Below are positions 1-15,200 of a stretch of 64,000 nt of DNA, piece by piece; position 1 is the first letter of the stretch, and every line of letters begins with the position of its first letter. A model generated the notes under the pieces. That model saw only the letters and a list, made by a program, of their open reading frames with translations, did no database searches and was not told the origin of the DNA. The translations under genes were made by a program, and so were the position numbers. Source of the DNA: Bugula neritina (taxonomy: Eukaryota; Animalia; Bryozoa); NCBI GenBank assembly GCA_964035545.1, contig OZ037765.1, forward strand, positions 20,150,995 through 20,214,994. Direction: 5' to 3'.

Positions 1-87
1 TCCAACAACAGTTAAACTATATCTAGGAAAGATTTGTTTTCAAAATTAACCCTTAACCACTAAAATCTGAATGAATGTATTTTTTAG

Positions 88-3000
88 AGTAATGACATAA
101 CATCTTCTGTCAAAACGTTTTCTAATCTAAGGAAGACAAATCCCCTGAGTGTGCAGGCTCATTATGGTCTCGCTCTATCCATTAACCGACTGGCTCATCT
201 CAAGTTATCAAATGCATTGCTTCAACAAAGTATTAAGGCTTTGGCCGAAGCCTTGCTCTGCCCTAATATTCCAGACTCTGTATATGTAGAGATTGCAACT
301 TTCAGAGCAGAGAGACTTCAGTTTCTGGGTTTGCATCAGCTTCACTACTTAAAACTTAAATGGTGCAGAAAGTAAACCATGAATGGCAATGTATAAATCT
401 GCTGTTTCCCCAAGACTGATTCCATATTATTGCAAAAATTTTATTTCTTGACTACCAGCTCTAAGTAAAAACTTTTTTTATTTATAGTTAGCATTTTTAA
501 GAGTGCATTTGTTTAAATTGGGTGAATATTAACAGCAAATCTTATTGCAGTTTTGATTAGTATTTAGTTAAACTTATTTACATTTGTCAATATTTTGCAT
601 GCAAATCATGATTCATCCAGGTGGTTCATTTTTAGAACTTATGTTAAAAACCTTCCATCCTCTTTGCAGGGAGATTCTCAGATGTCTTAGCACAGTGGCA
701 GTCACTTTCCAACAAGTTCTCTGCCAATATTAACATACTGAATGGCTTGGGGACAGCCTATTGTCTCAATGAAGCATCGCATAGAGCCAAAATAAAAGCT
801 AAAGAAACATTTAATAAGGTGCTTATTATTTAATGTAGCTCTAACTGTATCATGTGTATATCCAGGGTGTTTTAGCTCAAACTATATTTTAATGTGTATA
901 TTCGGATCTATATATGCATATTCAATGTGTATTATCACTATTATGTGTATCATGTGTATATCTACTGTAGAGTGCATATTCAGATTCATAGACATGCAAA
1001 TTTTAGCTTCTTGTGTGGAACTTCATGAGCTCTAATTAAATAGTCAACTATAGTGATTTTCAAGTGGTCTAGTAACTAACATTGATATGTTGGTAGCTAG
1101 CCTGTGCCTTACTTCATTTCATTCCATTGACTGGGTTGATTTTAAGAATTCTTTATTTGTCAACATCAAAAGTTGTTGTTGCTGTTTTTCACGGTGTCCA
1201 GTAAAAATGGCACAGGCTGAAATGGCACCGTAAAAATGATTTAAGGGTTGGGGGTTTGGGTTTGGGAAAATTTAACTACAGTGGGCCCTTTTTATCTACT
1301 TTTCCAATTGTGCCATTATTACTTGTGCCATTACTACCTGTGCCACTTTTATCGCTGCCATTTTTACCTAAAATCGTTTTCACATGTCTGAAACTTTCCT
1401 CACTTCTATAAAAACTTGACTACTTAGAAAGTATAAGTTTGTGTAACAATTGAACCATTTAGTTGACATACTCAGTTCATATGTTTTGTAATTCTACAAA
1501 CATATGAACTGTAGGTGTTATCACTTGACCCAAGCAATGAATATGCTCTAGCCCATCTTGGCTTTGTAATGGCTGTATACGAAAGAGACCCTCATGCTGC
1601 AGCACCTCTCTTTGCTAAAGCTCTTTCTGGGTCTAATGAAGAAGTTCTACAATCTGCCAAATTCTATATTCATGCTGGGGACTCATTTTATAGGACTGGC
1701 CAAACTGAAATGGTACTGCTGTTCTGTTATATTATGATGAGAAATCTTCTGTGTTAATATAATAGTTTAATAAAGTACTATGTAATAACTCGTCTATATA
1801 GGTTATTATCCATGTCAATCTGCTATAATACAGTTTATCCAATTATCATAGCAAGTGATGTTTATGTTTATTGCAAATAATGTTATTCTAAATAACTTAT
1901 GCAATCACTCCTACAACAGAAAAAAATTGCTAATAACTATTCACACTAAACAAAATCGACTTTTATTTGCTTGAAACTTATTTTTATTTGATTATCTATA
2001 TTAAATTAAATTATTGTCGCAGCTTTATTAAAAAACGATTTTTGTATTATTACTATAGTGCTTTTTATTTCGTATATATGATTAAATATGTTTAGTTTTG
2101 TTCCATACTGAGAAAATATTATTTAACATGCTTCAGGCAGCTAAGATATTTAAACAAGGAGCAGCCAAAAAAGTATTTCTATCAGAGAAGCAGCGTTCCT
2201 CTTTCAATGTAGATCGGCTGACAGGAAGGCCATGGTGGAAACTGATGCAACTACCTACTCACTATCAACAGCACTTCAATGTAAGTCATATTATGCACAA
2301 ATAGAATCAGTTGCAGAGCATTGTTTTGAATCTTCTTTTACATGTAGATTCTTAAAATTATGTTAACTATAATAGATTATAGATGCTTGTATGGATTTGA
2401 AATTGTTCAACATCTTTTGTGGGCCATTTTCAGCCCAAGCTACTTTATATTTCTATTAATTATTCAATGGAATTCTTATACGTATGAGTAATACACATGA
2501 CTAGAGATTAAAAGAAAAGTGGAAAGAAATCCTAAAAGAAGGATTGGCTCTTATAGACTCTAAAACAGGGCTTTTCATGTCTGAATCAGAGAATTTAAGA
2601 GCAACAGGACAATGGAAACAATTCACTCTGTTTTCTCAAGGTTAGTAAGCTCATATGAAAATATGGCAAAGGTCAGGAAAAAGTAGGATAATTCTGAGCA
2701 AATCTAGTAGATAGTGGTCAGTAACATATTATTGATTGACAAATACTAGTTTTAACATGTGAAGGACATTTGACATATAAATAAAAAAACATATTCTATA
2801 GTTGAAAAGAAAAAGTCAACGATATGGCTATTTCCGTAATAATCATAGTCTACTATTAAATATGTAGCTAGGTATTATCAGTGCTCGTAGTTATACATAT
2901 AGATAGTATACCCATGAAATATAAATAAATAAATAAAGAGTGTGTGTGGGCCTTCACCTGCATGTGGATGTGTATTTGTTTATTTAAAACATTGTGAAGA

Positions 3001-4202
3001 GCAATAAAGAATTTCTAACTATAAACTTTGTAGGCCGTGAACACAAAGCAGCTTGTGAAAAGGCACCTAAAACTTGCAGTCTAATACTACCATTCACTGA
3101 AGCTTCCAGAAATAAAAGAGGCCAGGTAAGTTTAGAGCTCTTTGGCAAAAATTACGCTTTGCTACTGATAGGCATGGTTTTTACTCTCAGTCTGTAAAAA
3201 ATAATATTTGTCATCATGCTCTTCATAATTGAATCTAATTTATTCATTTAATATTTGCATGTTCAAATACATCATTTACATTCCATAACTATTAGAGTTA
3301 GCATAGTATTTGGAGACCAGCTATTTAATCATCATGTTATAATTACGCAGAAGTCATATGACCTACTTGTCTAGTAATTTAGAATTGAAGAATGAATGAA
3401 ACAACTTACTGCTACAAGAGCAGAGCATCAAATCAAAAGTATTTAAAATCTACTTATTGTTTCTAAAACTGTTTTAAATTGCGTAACTGGTAGGTATATG
3501 GAAAGTTAGAGTTACTCCAATAATTTCATGTAATATTAGATAGATACTATTACTGATGGCTAACAAAATTGTAGGTGAAATTTTCTTTGCTCTTTCCTGG
3601 TACAAAAGTATGGCCACACACTGGACCAACCAACTGCCGTCTTCGAGCTCATTTAGGGCTTCAAGTACCTCAGGGAGCAGGGATTAAAGTTGTAGGAGAA
3701 ACAAGGTTTGTGTGGTTTTCTAGGGTTGAATTCTTAAAACTTTGGTAGCAACTATTGCCTACCTAGATTATAATGCTAAATACTGTATGATAATATATAA
3801 GCTTTATTTATTTAAACATTTTTCATTCAAAAGTACTGCTAAATCTGACTTTTACTGCAAATAGACGGTTGACAACTTCTAAAAAAATGCTTTGTTTCTA
3901 TATTATATATTATAGAGAAGTTGTATTAATTATAGTTATTTTATACTCTACTTTTAATGTTAGGTTCATACATATGTTGTGTTGGCTGTGAAAGTCAAAA
4001 TACATTTTCTAAAACCATCTGTCAAAGCTGTAAACAATTCAAAAATTACAGGGTTTGGAAAGAAGGGGACCTCCTAGTATTGGATGATTCTTTTGAACAT
4101 GAAGTTTGGCATAATGGCACAGGACTTAGACTAATATTGATTGTTGACATCTGGCACCCAGAATTAACTGCACAGGAAAAGAAAAACCTTTCACCTATAT
4201 AA
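88..4202 (+). CDS. ASPH: Aspartyl/asparaginyl beta-hydroxylase, 3' part (TPR-repeat region and 2OG-Fe(II) oxygenase domain); spliced, 5' end upstream of window
   Basis: Approximate exons 88-328, 671-818, 1516-1711, 2137-2280, 2505-2641, 3033-3125, 3575-3705 and 4052-4202. Translated motifs: RSSFNVDRLTGRPWW, ENLRATGQWKQFTL, KVWPHTGPTNCRLRAHLGLQVP, VWKEGDLLVLDDSFEHEVWH and LILIVDIWHPEL. Stop TAA at 4200-4202. Confidence 0.93.
1193..1376. mobile_element. Foldback-like MITE with modular (AAAATGGCACAGG) inverted arms and a GGGTTTGGG-rich core
   Basis: GGCAC modules on the left and GTGCC modules on the right. TTTTCAC is directly repeated at 1186-1192 and 1377-1383. A related copy lies at ~14777-15118 and a fragment at ~49441. 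Confidence 0.65.
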
Positions 4203-5038
4203 GAACTCTGTGAATTATTATTGTTATGTAGTAGCATGGTGCAATATATTGCAGTTTCCATACTCATACATAATACACACTGCTAGTATTTATTATTTTT
4301 ATTTGTACTTGTGTCACTTTCAGCTATATGTCTACTTTAAATAACCATGTAAGCACATTGTAAATACTATACACATAGCACCTGCTACTATAATATTGTT
4401 TTTACTCATACTATGGCTAATTTAGGTTTCATCGCTAACCTGCATTTATAAATTAGGATTTTTATAGCGATTCCCCCCTCCCCTCCGAATATGGTGTTTG
4501 TTGTTGGCCAATTATAAAAACCTGAAAGAATTTTACAAATAAATTCGTTTTGATTATATTCAAGCCTGTGTGTGAAAATGAAGTTTTTACACTGCAAGTT
4601 GCAACAGCATCCTTCGGCCTTTGCCATCATTCTCCCAGCCTAGATTTTACTAGACATCATATTAGGGCATTCTATATAATTATTATACTATATACATGTA
4701 AGTTACCCACAGTTTGTTGAGTTAATATAGTTTTTGCTACATCTAGCACTGTTACTACTTGTGCTACTACCACTGGCATTAACTATTATACATACTTGCA
4801 CTACTACCAGTAGCACTGCTACTACTAACACTACTAGCACTACTAAATTACATGAACATTGTTACAATTGTAATTTGTATGATCTGTATTTTTCTCTGTC
4901 CATGTGAAATGTCTCCAGCAGTTTCACATGACTGTTCAACACAGTCAGGTCCAAGTCACTGTCATTCAAGTCACATAAGCCTCGTTGGTTAAAGATTCCC
5001 TGCTGTGATATTGGAATATTTGAAAGTTGATAAGCTCC

Positions 5039-5040
<2 letters not shown>

Positions 5041-5082
<42 letters not shown>
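5041..5082. repeat. (GT)n microsatellite
   Basis: About 21 uninterrupted GT units. Confidence 0.97.
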
Positions 5083-5085
<3 letters not shown>

Positions 5086-5640
5086 ATTTTCATCATAACA
5101 TAGTGTTTTACAACTAGGATAATTTACAAGAGCAGAACAAGCAATTAGAAAAGAAACATAGTAACAAATAACAGTATATCGAAATAAGCTGTCGGAAATG
5201 ATGATGAGGCCCAGTGCGAAATAGCATGGCTAGTGGTACGCGGGCCCAATGTTGGCATTACCATACAAGGCACCACAGATCACTCAACAGAGTGGAGGTG
5301 ATGCCTCAATTCCGCTTTAAATTTACCAAGTGGCTGTATAATCTTTAAAAATTTAGGCAACTTATTCCACAGTGCAGATATTACAAAATTTGTAGCTGCT
5401 TGCTCAATTTTTGAGTGCCAAAAGCTGCATGCTATATCCTCAGCCTAGATGTTAAGAAAAGGCTACACTATGCAGAACCGATCACTAGCAGGTTTTTAGA
5501 GGAATTAAGCATTTTGAAAAACACATATTTTTCCTCTGAATCGCTGCCTGAAATACAGTGCTGCATGTACCATAAAACATAATTAAAAATGCCTAATGGC
5601 TACAATGCACTATTTCAATTTTATTATATAGCAATTTCAA
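5083..5640 (-). mobile_element. Decayed 3' end of a CR1/L2-type LINE
   Basis: Minus-strand translation near 5290-5420 gives ATNFVISALWNKLPKFLKIIQPLGKFKAELRHHL, matching the WNxLP...FKxxL ORF2 C-terminus. It is followed by AATAAA and a (CA)n tail. The upstream boundary is approximate. Confidence 0.6.
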
Positions 5641-6179
5641 CTGTCTGGATTTTTTAAATAGTGGATGTATCATAATATTATACTATTATGATCCGTAAAT
5701 GGATACAAATAAAGTACAACTCTGTTCAGCTGGTTGCTTTGAGATACTGGCATGTGGCTACCTCATGTTATTTGCTAGGAAGTGCAGCTTACATATTCTA
5801 ATATTAATAATTATGTAAAGTCTTATTACGTAACAGCAACTACTTACTAGCTTACCTGCTTATTATACAAAAATAATCTCGATTTCAGGAATTTAGATAC
5901 AAGTATTTAAGAGTTGTCTTATCTTCTGAAGACTCATTTTAGAAAAACAATCGCAGATAATTGAGGCTAGTTAAGGTTTTAAAGTAATGCAATAAAAATA
6001 TCAATATTTTAGCAACAAATATAACTTTGAACGTTTTATTATTTTACGTTGTTATATATTTATATTAATTATTTTAAATATTTGTAATTAATGTGCAAAA
6101 AACTAAAAGGTTTTTAATAAGTTATAAGCATGCATTATGACACACAATATTACAAACCTCAAACTGCCTCTTGTTGTTT

Positions 6180-6191
6180 AATCACGTGATT
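6180..6191. promoter_or_regulatory. Palindromic E-box AATCACGTGATT in the candidate GW182 promoter
   Basis: Perfect 12-bp palindrome just before a GC-richer candidate first exon (~6200-6353, followed by GTATGT). Confidence 0.4.
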
Positions 6192-6657
6192 GACCTATCT
6201 TTTTCCAGTATTGCTCATTGCAGCTTCTGCGCAGACAACTTACCTAGAACCTGGGATTAGCAAAGTGGAATGGAGTCAACTCTCCTTTTGCTGGTGCTAC
6301 TACAATGTTGACGAAGTTGCTCCCAGATCAAGATACTTGCAAAAACGAACTTTGTATGTGCTAAGTATTTTAAACAAATTGTCAATCTACTATCCTAATT
6401 AACATATAGCTATTTTGTTTTATTAATCAATTTCAATGATCATGATGATGATCAAGTTGAACTCGAGATGATCATCATGATGATCGTAATGGTGATGGTT
6501 TAGTTTTACTTAATCTCATCGAGTTATACTGTAGATTATAATAATTATTAAATTTTTTCACTCATAGTTTAAACTTATAATTTTGGTTAGTTACTTTTAG
6601 TTTTAAATGTTAAACTAAAACTTAAACTTTAAGTTAAAGTTGAACTTTATACTACCA

Positions 6658-6747
6658 CTAGTACTACTCTAGTACTAGTACTACTCTAGTACTAGTACTA
6701 CTCTAGTACTAGTACTACTCTAGTACTAGTACTACTCTAGTACTAGT
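6658..6747. repeat. 17-bp tandem repeat (CTAGTACTACTCTAGTA) x ~5
   Basis: Read directly from the sequence. Confidence 0.9.
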
Positions 6748-9219
6748 GCCGTAGTGCGTAAGTAATATTAATAGTAATACTAATAGTAATAGTTTCAATT
6801 TTTTAAGACTTTATGTCTAAGATAACGGTTGCACTTATTGTTTTAATTTAAATTCGATAGAGTAAAAAAACTGAAAGTAGAACTAAATGTGTTAAACTTC
6901 ATACTAATAGTGATAGGTTTTCATTTTGAGTAATATTAAATTTAAAATTCACTTCAATGGATTTGATATTCATAATCATATTGTCATTGAATTTCATTAT
7001 GAATATGACCACACTGTTTCACCAAATGGATGATAAAGAAATATAGAATTTACCATATGAGCTGTTGGTGTTACTATTCATATTGTATTATCACTACAAA
7101 TTTAAGTTTAGTTTAACTGTATAATTTAGAATTTATGCTAATGCTTATCATTCATTTCAGTGTCATTCTGATTTAGTTTACTCTTAGCTTAAGAATACAT
7201 GTTGAAAAATTAATTATTTTTCTGAAGCAAATGTAGCCATCTTATATTCAAAGAAGAATTATTTAATCAATGTTTTAGTTTTTTTTGGCTTCAGGTGTTA
7301 TTTATGTTTGTCTTAGACTTACAAATTTTGTATTTTTGTATATAGCATTATAGAGGAAATATTTATCACACATAAGTTGAATTTATGATTAGTAAAGCTA
7401 GTCGAAGCGGTATGCAGTTTTGTTCATTTTATTCCTCCTAGTCAATTTCAATTTCCTTTAGAACTTATATTTGTGCAGAGTTTTATCTATAAAAACAAAA
7501 TCTTCGTTTTTTGAACTTTGCAAGTTGGTAGGCTTTTTGTTCTAAAAAAGGTTTTAATTTTAACTTGTAATGTATTTCAAGTCAAATCACTAGAATTATA
7601 TGCTTGAGTCAAAACTGTACTGTGATGCAGCATTTCTTTCTGTACCCTTCTCGATATCTAATCAAAAATTACTGCTTCTGGTAATAACATGAATACAGCT
7701 CAGAAAGTTATCAATGTAATATTTTGATTTCAATAGGTTGGTTTATAATTTATTTTTTAACTTAGGATCTAATTATTTGACTTTCAAGTTTGTTCTATTT
7801 CCGATAACAAGTATGATTCAAGATCAGTTATTTTGCTAAGTAATACAAACCAATTCATCAGTTTCATGCAGCATCGCTCTATTTTCAAACACTATAGATT
7901 ACTCTTGGTCTTTAAAGTTTCCATGTTATACTGTAGTACAGTCTTGTAAGCTATGGAAACATGTTTTTTCACAAGCTGATAGCAGCCGGCAAAATTACCT
8001 TCATCTAAATTCTTATCCATATGATGGTTCTCGCAATGTTGGCATTTCTCAATTTCTCCATTACTGCACCAACCTTATTTTGGGGTAAATGAAGTCACCA
8101 TATCAAGTGAGGTGACTCTTGTCTGTCAATCAGAACATTTTATGGCTGGTTATGTACTTTTCTAAGAAGTTTTGTGACAGCATATATAGTAGGCAGATAG
8201 ATTTATTTACTTTTATAAGCTTAGGGCTTAGGCTTACAACCTCCTCCTAGATAACATAGTGTTGGGTTTTGACAGCTCACCAAAACTGTTGAATCATTAG
8301 CCCTGGACATTTTTAGATATTTTCAAGTACATCTGCATGCCCAAAGCACTGGCTTCAGTAGCTGCCCCTTCTTGAATCAATACGTTACTGTTGTCACAAA
8401 AGACTAAGTATACCTTGTTGAAAAGAATGGGGGAAAGTTTGTTGGCAACTAGTTTCAATGATTACCTGTTGTGTTGGCGCTTTTGTTTTCTACAAACAAT
8501 AATGCAAGCCTCTTTTGGTCATATGTAGAAGCTTAATTATAATGCTTATCTTTAGCATTATGCTTATGTAAATCGGGCAACTGAATAGAAACAACTGCTA
8601 GTGTAGATAGCCATATGGTTAAACAAACACCCGCAAATTTGTTCACCTAGCTGTCATTCTGTCTACTAGCTCTGCTTTGTAAAAGTACCTTGACTAATGA
8701 CTATATGTGACGAATTTCTGCCAACCATATTGTTATCTTCATATGTAATTTTGTAAAGTGGCAAGTCCTGGGGTAAATGGCCCCTGCAATCATGGACAAT
8801 GGGTTACTTTACTGCAGTTTCACAAAAGCCAGATAACACTAAGAATCTAGGTATTTCTTGTTCATTGCTGCACAATGGCATTAGTTATAATTATTGATTA
8901 TTAAATACTTAGTTTCTAAAATGTTTGCTGTAGACTCCAAGCTTATTATCATTTCTCCCAATTGATTATTATGGAAGTGAATACTACAACATTTTTACTC
9001 TTTTCACAGCTGCTTCGTTGCCTATAAAGACGTAAGACTGCTGGCTTCGAAACTGCTATGGCAGTTTCTTTTTGGACATATATCTGAACACACTGTAGTT
9101 TGCTGTATCATTGTCATGAATTATATTTGTGTTGTAGATGATAAAATACTACATCACTTTAAAGTTTCTTCTACGCATCATCAAACCAAGTTACATTCAC
9201 TCGTGATATACTTCTATCA

Positions 9220-12200
9220 ATGACAACATCGGCGTCTTTTGACTCTACTAGTAAGAATATCACCATAGCTGATCAGCTAACCAACAGTGCTAATATGACT
9301 ACCACCATTAGTCAGTCTTCTACCCTCCAACAGGGTTTAGTCCAAGGTGCTTCGCAATCTCGTTCCACTGACATTACAACCTCAAATTCTGTGATAAACT
9401 CATCTAGCTCAGGTTAGTTCTTCTCTGCTTTTGTGGTTAATTCAATGAAATAAAATTAAGCCAGCAAGGTATGAACTCCTATTCTAACTATATAGCTAAC
9501 ATTTGTATTTATGCATTGATAGTGAGCTTTGTAATGTCTGCCTGACTATGCAATATTCAAATACTTTCACAATGTTGCTCGAGGTTTTCTAAAATGCTAA
9601 CCTCACTTTAGAGTTTAGCCAGTGTTATATAATTAATCTTTTCACACATTTGTGGAGCATGCTCTTGGCTTGAAAACAGGCATTTCTCAATTGATGATGT
9701 GGCAAAGCAAGCCTATCAAGTCTTATTTTGATTGATAGCCTTAGCCATGGTTATTGCACTTTATCGTTCACTTACAAGAGTAGGTTGATTTTTCAACACT
9801 TCATTTTGTCCACCCAGTTTCCCATTTTTAGTGTAGCTGTAGATATATCTTAGGTATAGATTCAAGCATACTGTTGTGGCTAGCTAAGTTTCTTAGGGTG
9901 GCAAAGTTGCTTCTGTGTAAAATCTCAGATTTGATTTGATTTGAACTCAGAATAGCATAATTTACTACTGATAATTTCCCTTGTCATGGCTCACTTGAGA
10001 TCTCCACAATCTACACTTGTGTTCACACTCACATTTGTTTAAGTTTTCATTCTTTTAGAATACCTCATATTGAGGGATTTTTTAAAGGGAACTAAAAACA
10101 GCACGGTTTAAACTTTGAAGGTTTTAGCTGTGCCTCCCCCAGGCAAATGATTAAATGCTCTTCTCGCCATCATGAACTACCCTGCATGCATGTGTCTTAC
10201 TAGACCAGTAATGTGAACTATATTCCTCAATAAAAATATACTTTAATGATCCAGATGCTAGCGTATAGAAAATTTCTATGTGTTGTACAGTAAACTGTAC
10301 ATTAAATAGTTGATAATTGCTATGGTGGGAGTTTGTGGAAGCTAGCCTCCTGCTTAGCTAAACCACTATACACAGATGACATGTAGGGGGCGTATTGGGT
10401 TGAAGCACAATTTCAACATTATGTAACATTGCCTTATCTTATTCATGTTCATATCGTGTTATCATGGAGGTCCCTTCATTTTGTATTGAAATGGTGTTGG
10501 TATCTTAGGAGGGTCTGATGGGCTGAGATAGAGAGTTAAACTAAACGTTTAGGAATTCATACCCTAGCTCCTAGGCCACTGTAATAAAGGAATCAGTTTG
10601 TAAACCTCTCGGTGTCCATTTTCAACCAGTTGGGTTGAAAATCTTGTCAATAGACCCGTACTTATTTTTTTTGCCCCAATTGGTTGAAAAATTTAATTTA
10701 TGTTTTTATCAGTCAAGTTGACGTATTTAGCTCTTAGTAGTCATTACTCTAGCAAAGGCCCATTTTTAAGATGCTGTGACTCCCCTGTAACCACTGGGCA
10801 AGTTGAATCTGCTGGCACATTATATTATATGGTCAGGGTTATATTGTCAGGTCTAGTTGTTTCAGTTCAGTAATCCTGAATACTGGGCCTGTTCTTATAT
10901 TACCTGTTGACAGCTCACTAACCCTTCTCAAAGGTTATTAACATTAATGATCACTAAATACGACTGACACAGTTCAAGCTATGCCCAGTATCTGTCAACT
11001 TCTAGCTCTCACCAAGTTCATTGTATTTATAATCTTGTATTTGCAGCAGTCACTGCCCAAAGTGGAGACCAGCAATGGTTAGACAACTCATCCTTACCTG
11101 GCTGGGACGACCAGGTATGTTTCACATTGATAATGTGGTTAGTAAGCACAAGCTGGTAAAAAATTAGGTTTGAGTAAATAACCTAAGCCATGTCTTCTCA
11201 ACATAAAGAAATTATCTCCAACTGGGACTAATTATATCATGTGCAATTACCAACAGTGGGAGTGATTACTTGCAGTCATATAACATAATTGGAGGTTGTG
11301 GAAAATCAGTGCTCACAGCTGCTTTATTATTTGCTGTTGCAGTCTGGTAGCCAACAGAACACCCCCAGATTGGACCACGCAAACAATCCTGCTACTACTA
11401 GTCAATTTAGTGGTTGGGGTTCGCAACCATTCCCTTCCTCCTACAACACCGATGCACAGAGTGGCAACACCAATCCATGGCCTGCTACTAACAACAACAC
11501 TTTGAGTCTAAACTCAGCCTGGGGATCTCAGTCATCTAATATGAACAGGCAGGGCTCAGAGTGGACAATACCCTCCGGTACAGAATGCTGGGGTCAGTCT
11601 CCAGCTACCAGTCAGTCTACTCCGTCCAGTGCTAGTGCACAACTAAACCAGTGGGGCACCCCATCCTCTCATGCTCCTTCCACCACTGCATGGTCTACTG
11701 TACCTACCAATGGCAGCACAGCCAATCAAGCATCTTCAGTTGCTACCACTAGTGCCTCTAGTTCCAGTGCCAGCACTGCTACACAGCAGTGGGGTGCTAA
11801 TTCTGTCACTGGACAGTCCAGCACTCTTTCTACCCCCACACCTCCAAACTCTGCCATACCTTCACTATCATCTCCTCAGTCAGAATCTTCAACCACACCT
11901 ACATCTTGGGCTGGAGCTGCAGCCAAAGGCCTGCCTAAACCTGTACCAAAGCCACTTGAACCAGTAGATCCTGTGAAACAGATGATGGAAAAAATGATCA
12001 ATTCTCCAGATGGTTGGGGCCGGCCCGTTGATCAAGGGAGTCCATGGGCAGGTATGCCTGAGAAGAACAAACAAGATGAATCAAACAAATGGCAACCTAC
12101 TCAAAACAATGGTAAGTGTGTTATGTTCTATTTCAGGGCTATTTTCAGTATTTTCCCAGAGACCAGAATATTTGAAAGCTGTAGATGTGCTAGACTTTTC

Positions 12201-15200
12201 TGTTGTAATAATTCCAACAAGTAATTCTAATGCAGGTTTCTAGGCACTTGGTTGTAGTAAATAATACTGAACTCCCAACAAGATGGAATGCATCTACCTT
12301 AGAGAGGGTTGTCAACGCAAGGTACTTAGGGCTAAATATGAATTATGTCATTTACTTGAATAGGCACAGCCATATGGGAATCTTGTAAAAGTGGCGGGCC
12401 ACAGGCTCCTGTAGCTGACAAGAGCACATGGAATCAAAAAGTGGCTGGCAATAATGACCCCAATGTGTGGAATGGAGAAGGCTCCAAGGGTAAAGACAAT
12501 GCATTGTGGGACGACTTGCCAACCAGCAAAGAATCGGAATCTACGTGAGTACTACAGTCTTGCAAGACTGGTACACAGTGGCTTTATTCTGTACTCTTCA
12601 TGCTGTGGAGATGTGAGCACCTGTTTATTCACACGTGTATATTACTGAGTTTGTCTTGCAGTGACCAAGGTACCTCTTGGAATGCTCAAGGGAGTCAGTC
12701 CAGAACTGTCTCCCAGTCATCAGCTGGTGATGCTAATTCAGACAACACTGGCTGGTCATCTACCAACTCAGCACCCTCATCAGCTGGAATTAGCCGCTCT
12801 AGTCCCCCCAACTCAATCAATCAGCAATCCAATCACCCCCTGGGAGACAACAGCTGGGGTGGTCACAATGGCAACCCTGACATGCGTAAACTCACCAGAT
12901 GGGATTCCACTCCAGGATCTACGAGGATGACTGATACAGGTACTGCTAACAGCTACTACATACAGAGTGTTGAACATGCTGCACTTCTTTACCTGTGTCT
13001 GTTGGTTCTCATGTGAAAGATATTGTTTTTTAAAGAAAAGAATGGCTATCCTAACGTAGGAGAGACACCTCCTCAAAACATTCCTCTTCTAGAAGGAATT
13101 AACATGATGGCGGTGCCTGTACATGGTCCTCCTCAGATTGAGTCTGGCCGTGGTCATGTTGCTGCCCCCAGTCATGGCCATGGCGCTGCCTCCACTCCTG
13201 TTCTAAGAGGTTTGCTTGTTGACAGTTTGTGTTACTTTTTCCTGTTTCTACCACTTGTTGTGTTGATATTGACATCTTCTGCTGGTCTCCTCTAAACACT
13301 GGCAGCCCATATTGGTCCTGCCTCCTTCATTCTTGCCATCTTTATCTTGTTTTCTGACTATGTTATGTTACATTTATTATAGAATGCTGTTCACCAGTTA
13401 CTTACTAAAATTCATTTTATTTCATCCTGTTGCTTCCATTTCCTATATGGATGGTTACAATTTGCCAGGTGTATATTTAGCTGTCCTACTGGCCACTTGA
13501 TGGAAAGCTGTTATATTATGTAATAAAGTGTCTGTTGCCTAATATGGTGGTGTTTTTCATTATTCAATAATTCACGGGTTTCAACTTGTTTTGAATGAAA
13601 CAGATGGCAGTTGAAGGGTGTCTTTGTTAAAATTTGGGCAGTATGCAAGCTTATTGAATATCCTTGGCTGTTTGTGTACTGTAACAATAGATCTGTCCAG
13701 CTCTGTAGGATACTTACTTTGCTCACCTGCAGTGGCTCCACTTATCTCTCATAACATGGTGTTTCTACTCTCCACGAGCTTCAGTCTCAAGCTGATGTAA
13801 AGAAATTATAGGCTGTGTAATGTTAGTTCCCTGCTGGCCGTGTTAGTGACATTCTGCTGGCCATTGTTGGCTTTAGTGTTCCTCATTGTTAGACCCCTCT
13901 AATGATAACTGTATCGATGTGTTTGTTCTCATTCTTCAAGGTGTTTAGCTGGACTAAGGCTAAACTAATCCCAAGCTTTAACTACCATATACAATGGTGC
14001 ACCTGTAACTGCTTATGTCAGTATTTCATGCATTAGATAAACCTCTCATCTTTGTCTCTTGTGATGTATAGCCAGGAGGCCATGCTTGTGTTGCAGCTAT
14101 GTGCAACTGTTTCCAGCCAGCTTTGGGGAATAAAACTTGTTTGCATCATGTATTGTACACATTTCATTTTTCTTGAACCTAATAACTGCAGCTAGGCCTG
14201 GTTCCCAGTTGGTCACTTCTTTAAATTCCAAAGTCTCCCTGTTACCCATACTCTCTGCTTATTGTGCTTGATGAAATGTGCTGATGTTTTGTTTTCAGTT
14301 GTATAGTTTGATGGCGCTTGTTGTAAAGCAGTGGTTCCCAACCTTTTTCATACTATTCCCCCTTTCATAAATGTTGACTATTAATTTCCCCCCTTTCGAA
14401 GAGCAAAAAGATTTTATGACTTACAGAATGAGAATATATTATGATACAATGCAATATATTTTGTTCTATTATATTTGCATATAATATAATTATCATAATA
14501 GTAATATTGCGTTATTTTCATGTTATAAAACACAGAGCAGTTCAATTATTAATGTTATTGCTTCATTTGATGCTTTTGTGCCAGCTTGCTTAAACCTGGC
14601 TCTGTGTTTGACCAGGCCCATCTTAAGTCACTCTGCAGGTTAAGGCAGTTTCTTTTCTCATTGAATTGATGAGAATTCTACCTCACACGAGTAGATGGTG
14701 CTGAATGGCACCTTAAAATTCTGCTTTGTCGGTTATTTGTGGGAAGAGTTTGCTTTTTGAAACCCACAAATATTTTAGGTAAAGCTGGTGCATGTAAAAT
14801 TGGCACAGGTAATAATGGTACAAATGGAAAAGTAGGTAAAAATGGCACGCTGATTTTAAATTTTTCAAAATCCAAAACCCCAAACCCTCCACCCCAAGCC
14901 TCCAACCCTTGAACCCCAAACCCCCACTCCCTAGTTCAAACCCGTACTCTCATTAAACTCCAGAACCCCAAGTACAAACCCAAAATCCTCACCTCAAACC
15001 TCTCTTTCGAGCTCCACGCCCCGATCCCAATATTGAAAACATGTGCCATTTTTACTTACTTTTCTATTTGTGCCATTATTACCTGTGCCATTTCTACTGG
15101 GCACCACCTGTTCCAGATTATTTTTCAAAAAACTCCTAGGCATATCTCTGAACTTTTAATGGCAAATTTTCATTATTAGCATTGCAGATTTGAGTTGGAG

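Noticed and set aside
13023-13295. 90-aa ORF as an extra GW182 exon
   Set aside because: It has no GW motifs, and exon 12662-12939 joins 16200 in frame without it. It is better explained as repeat-derived.
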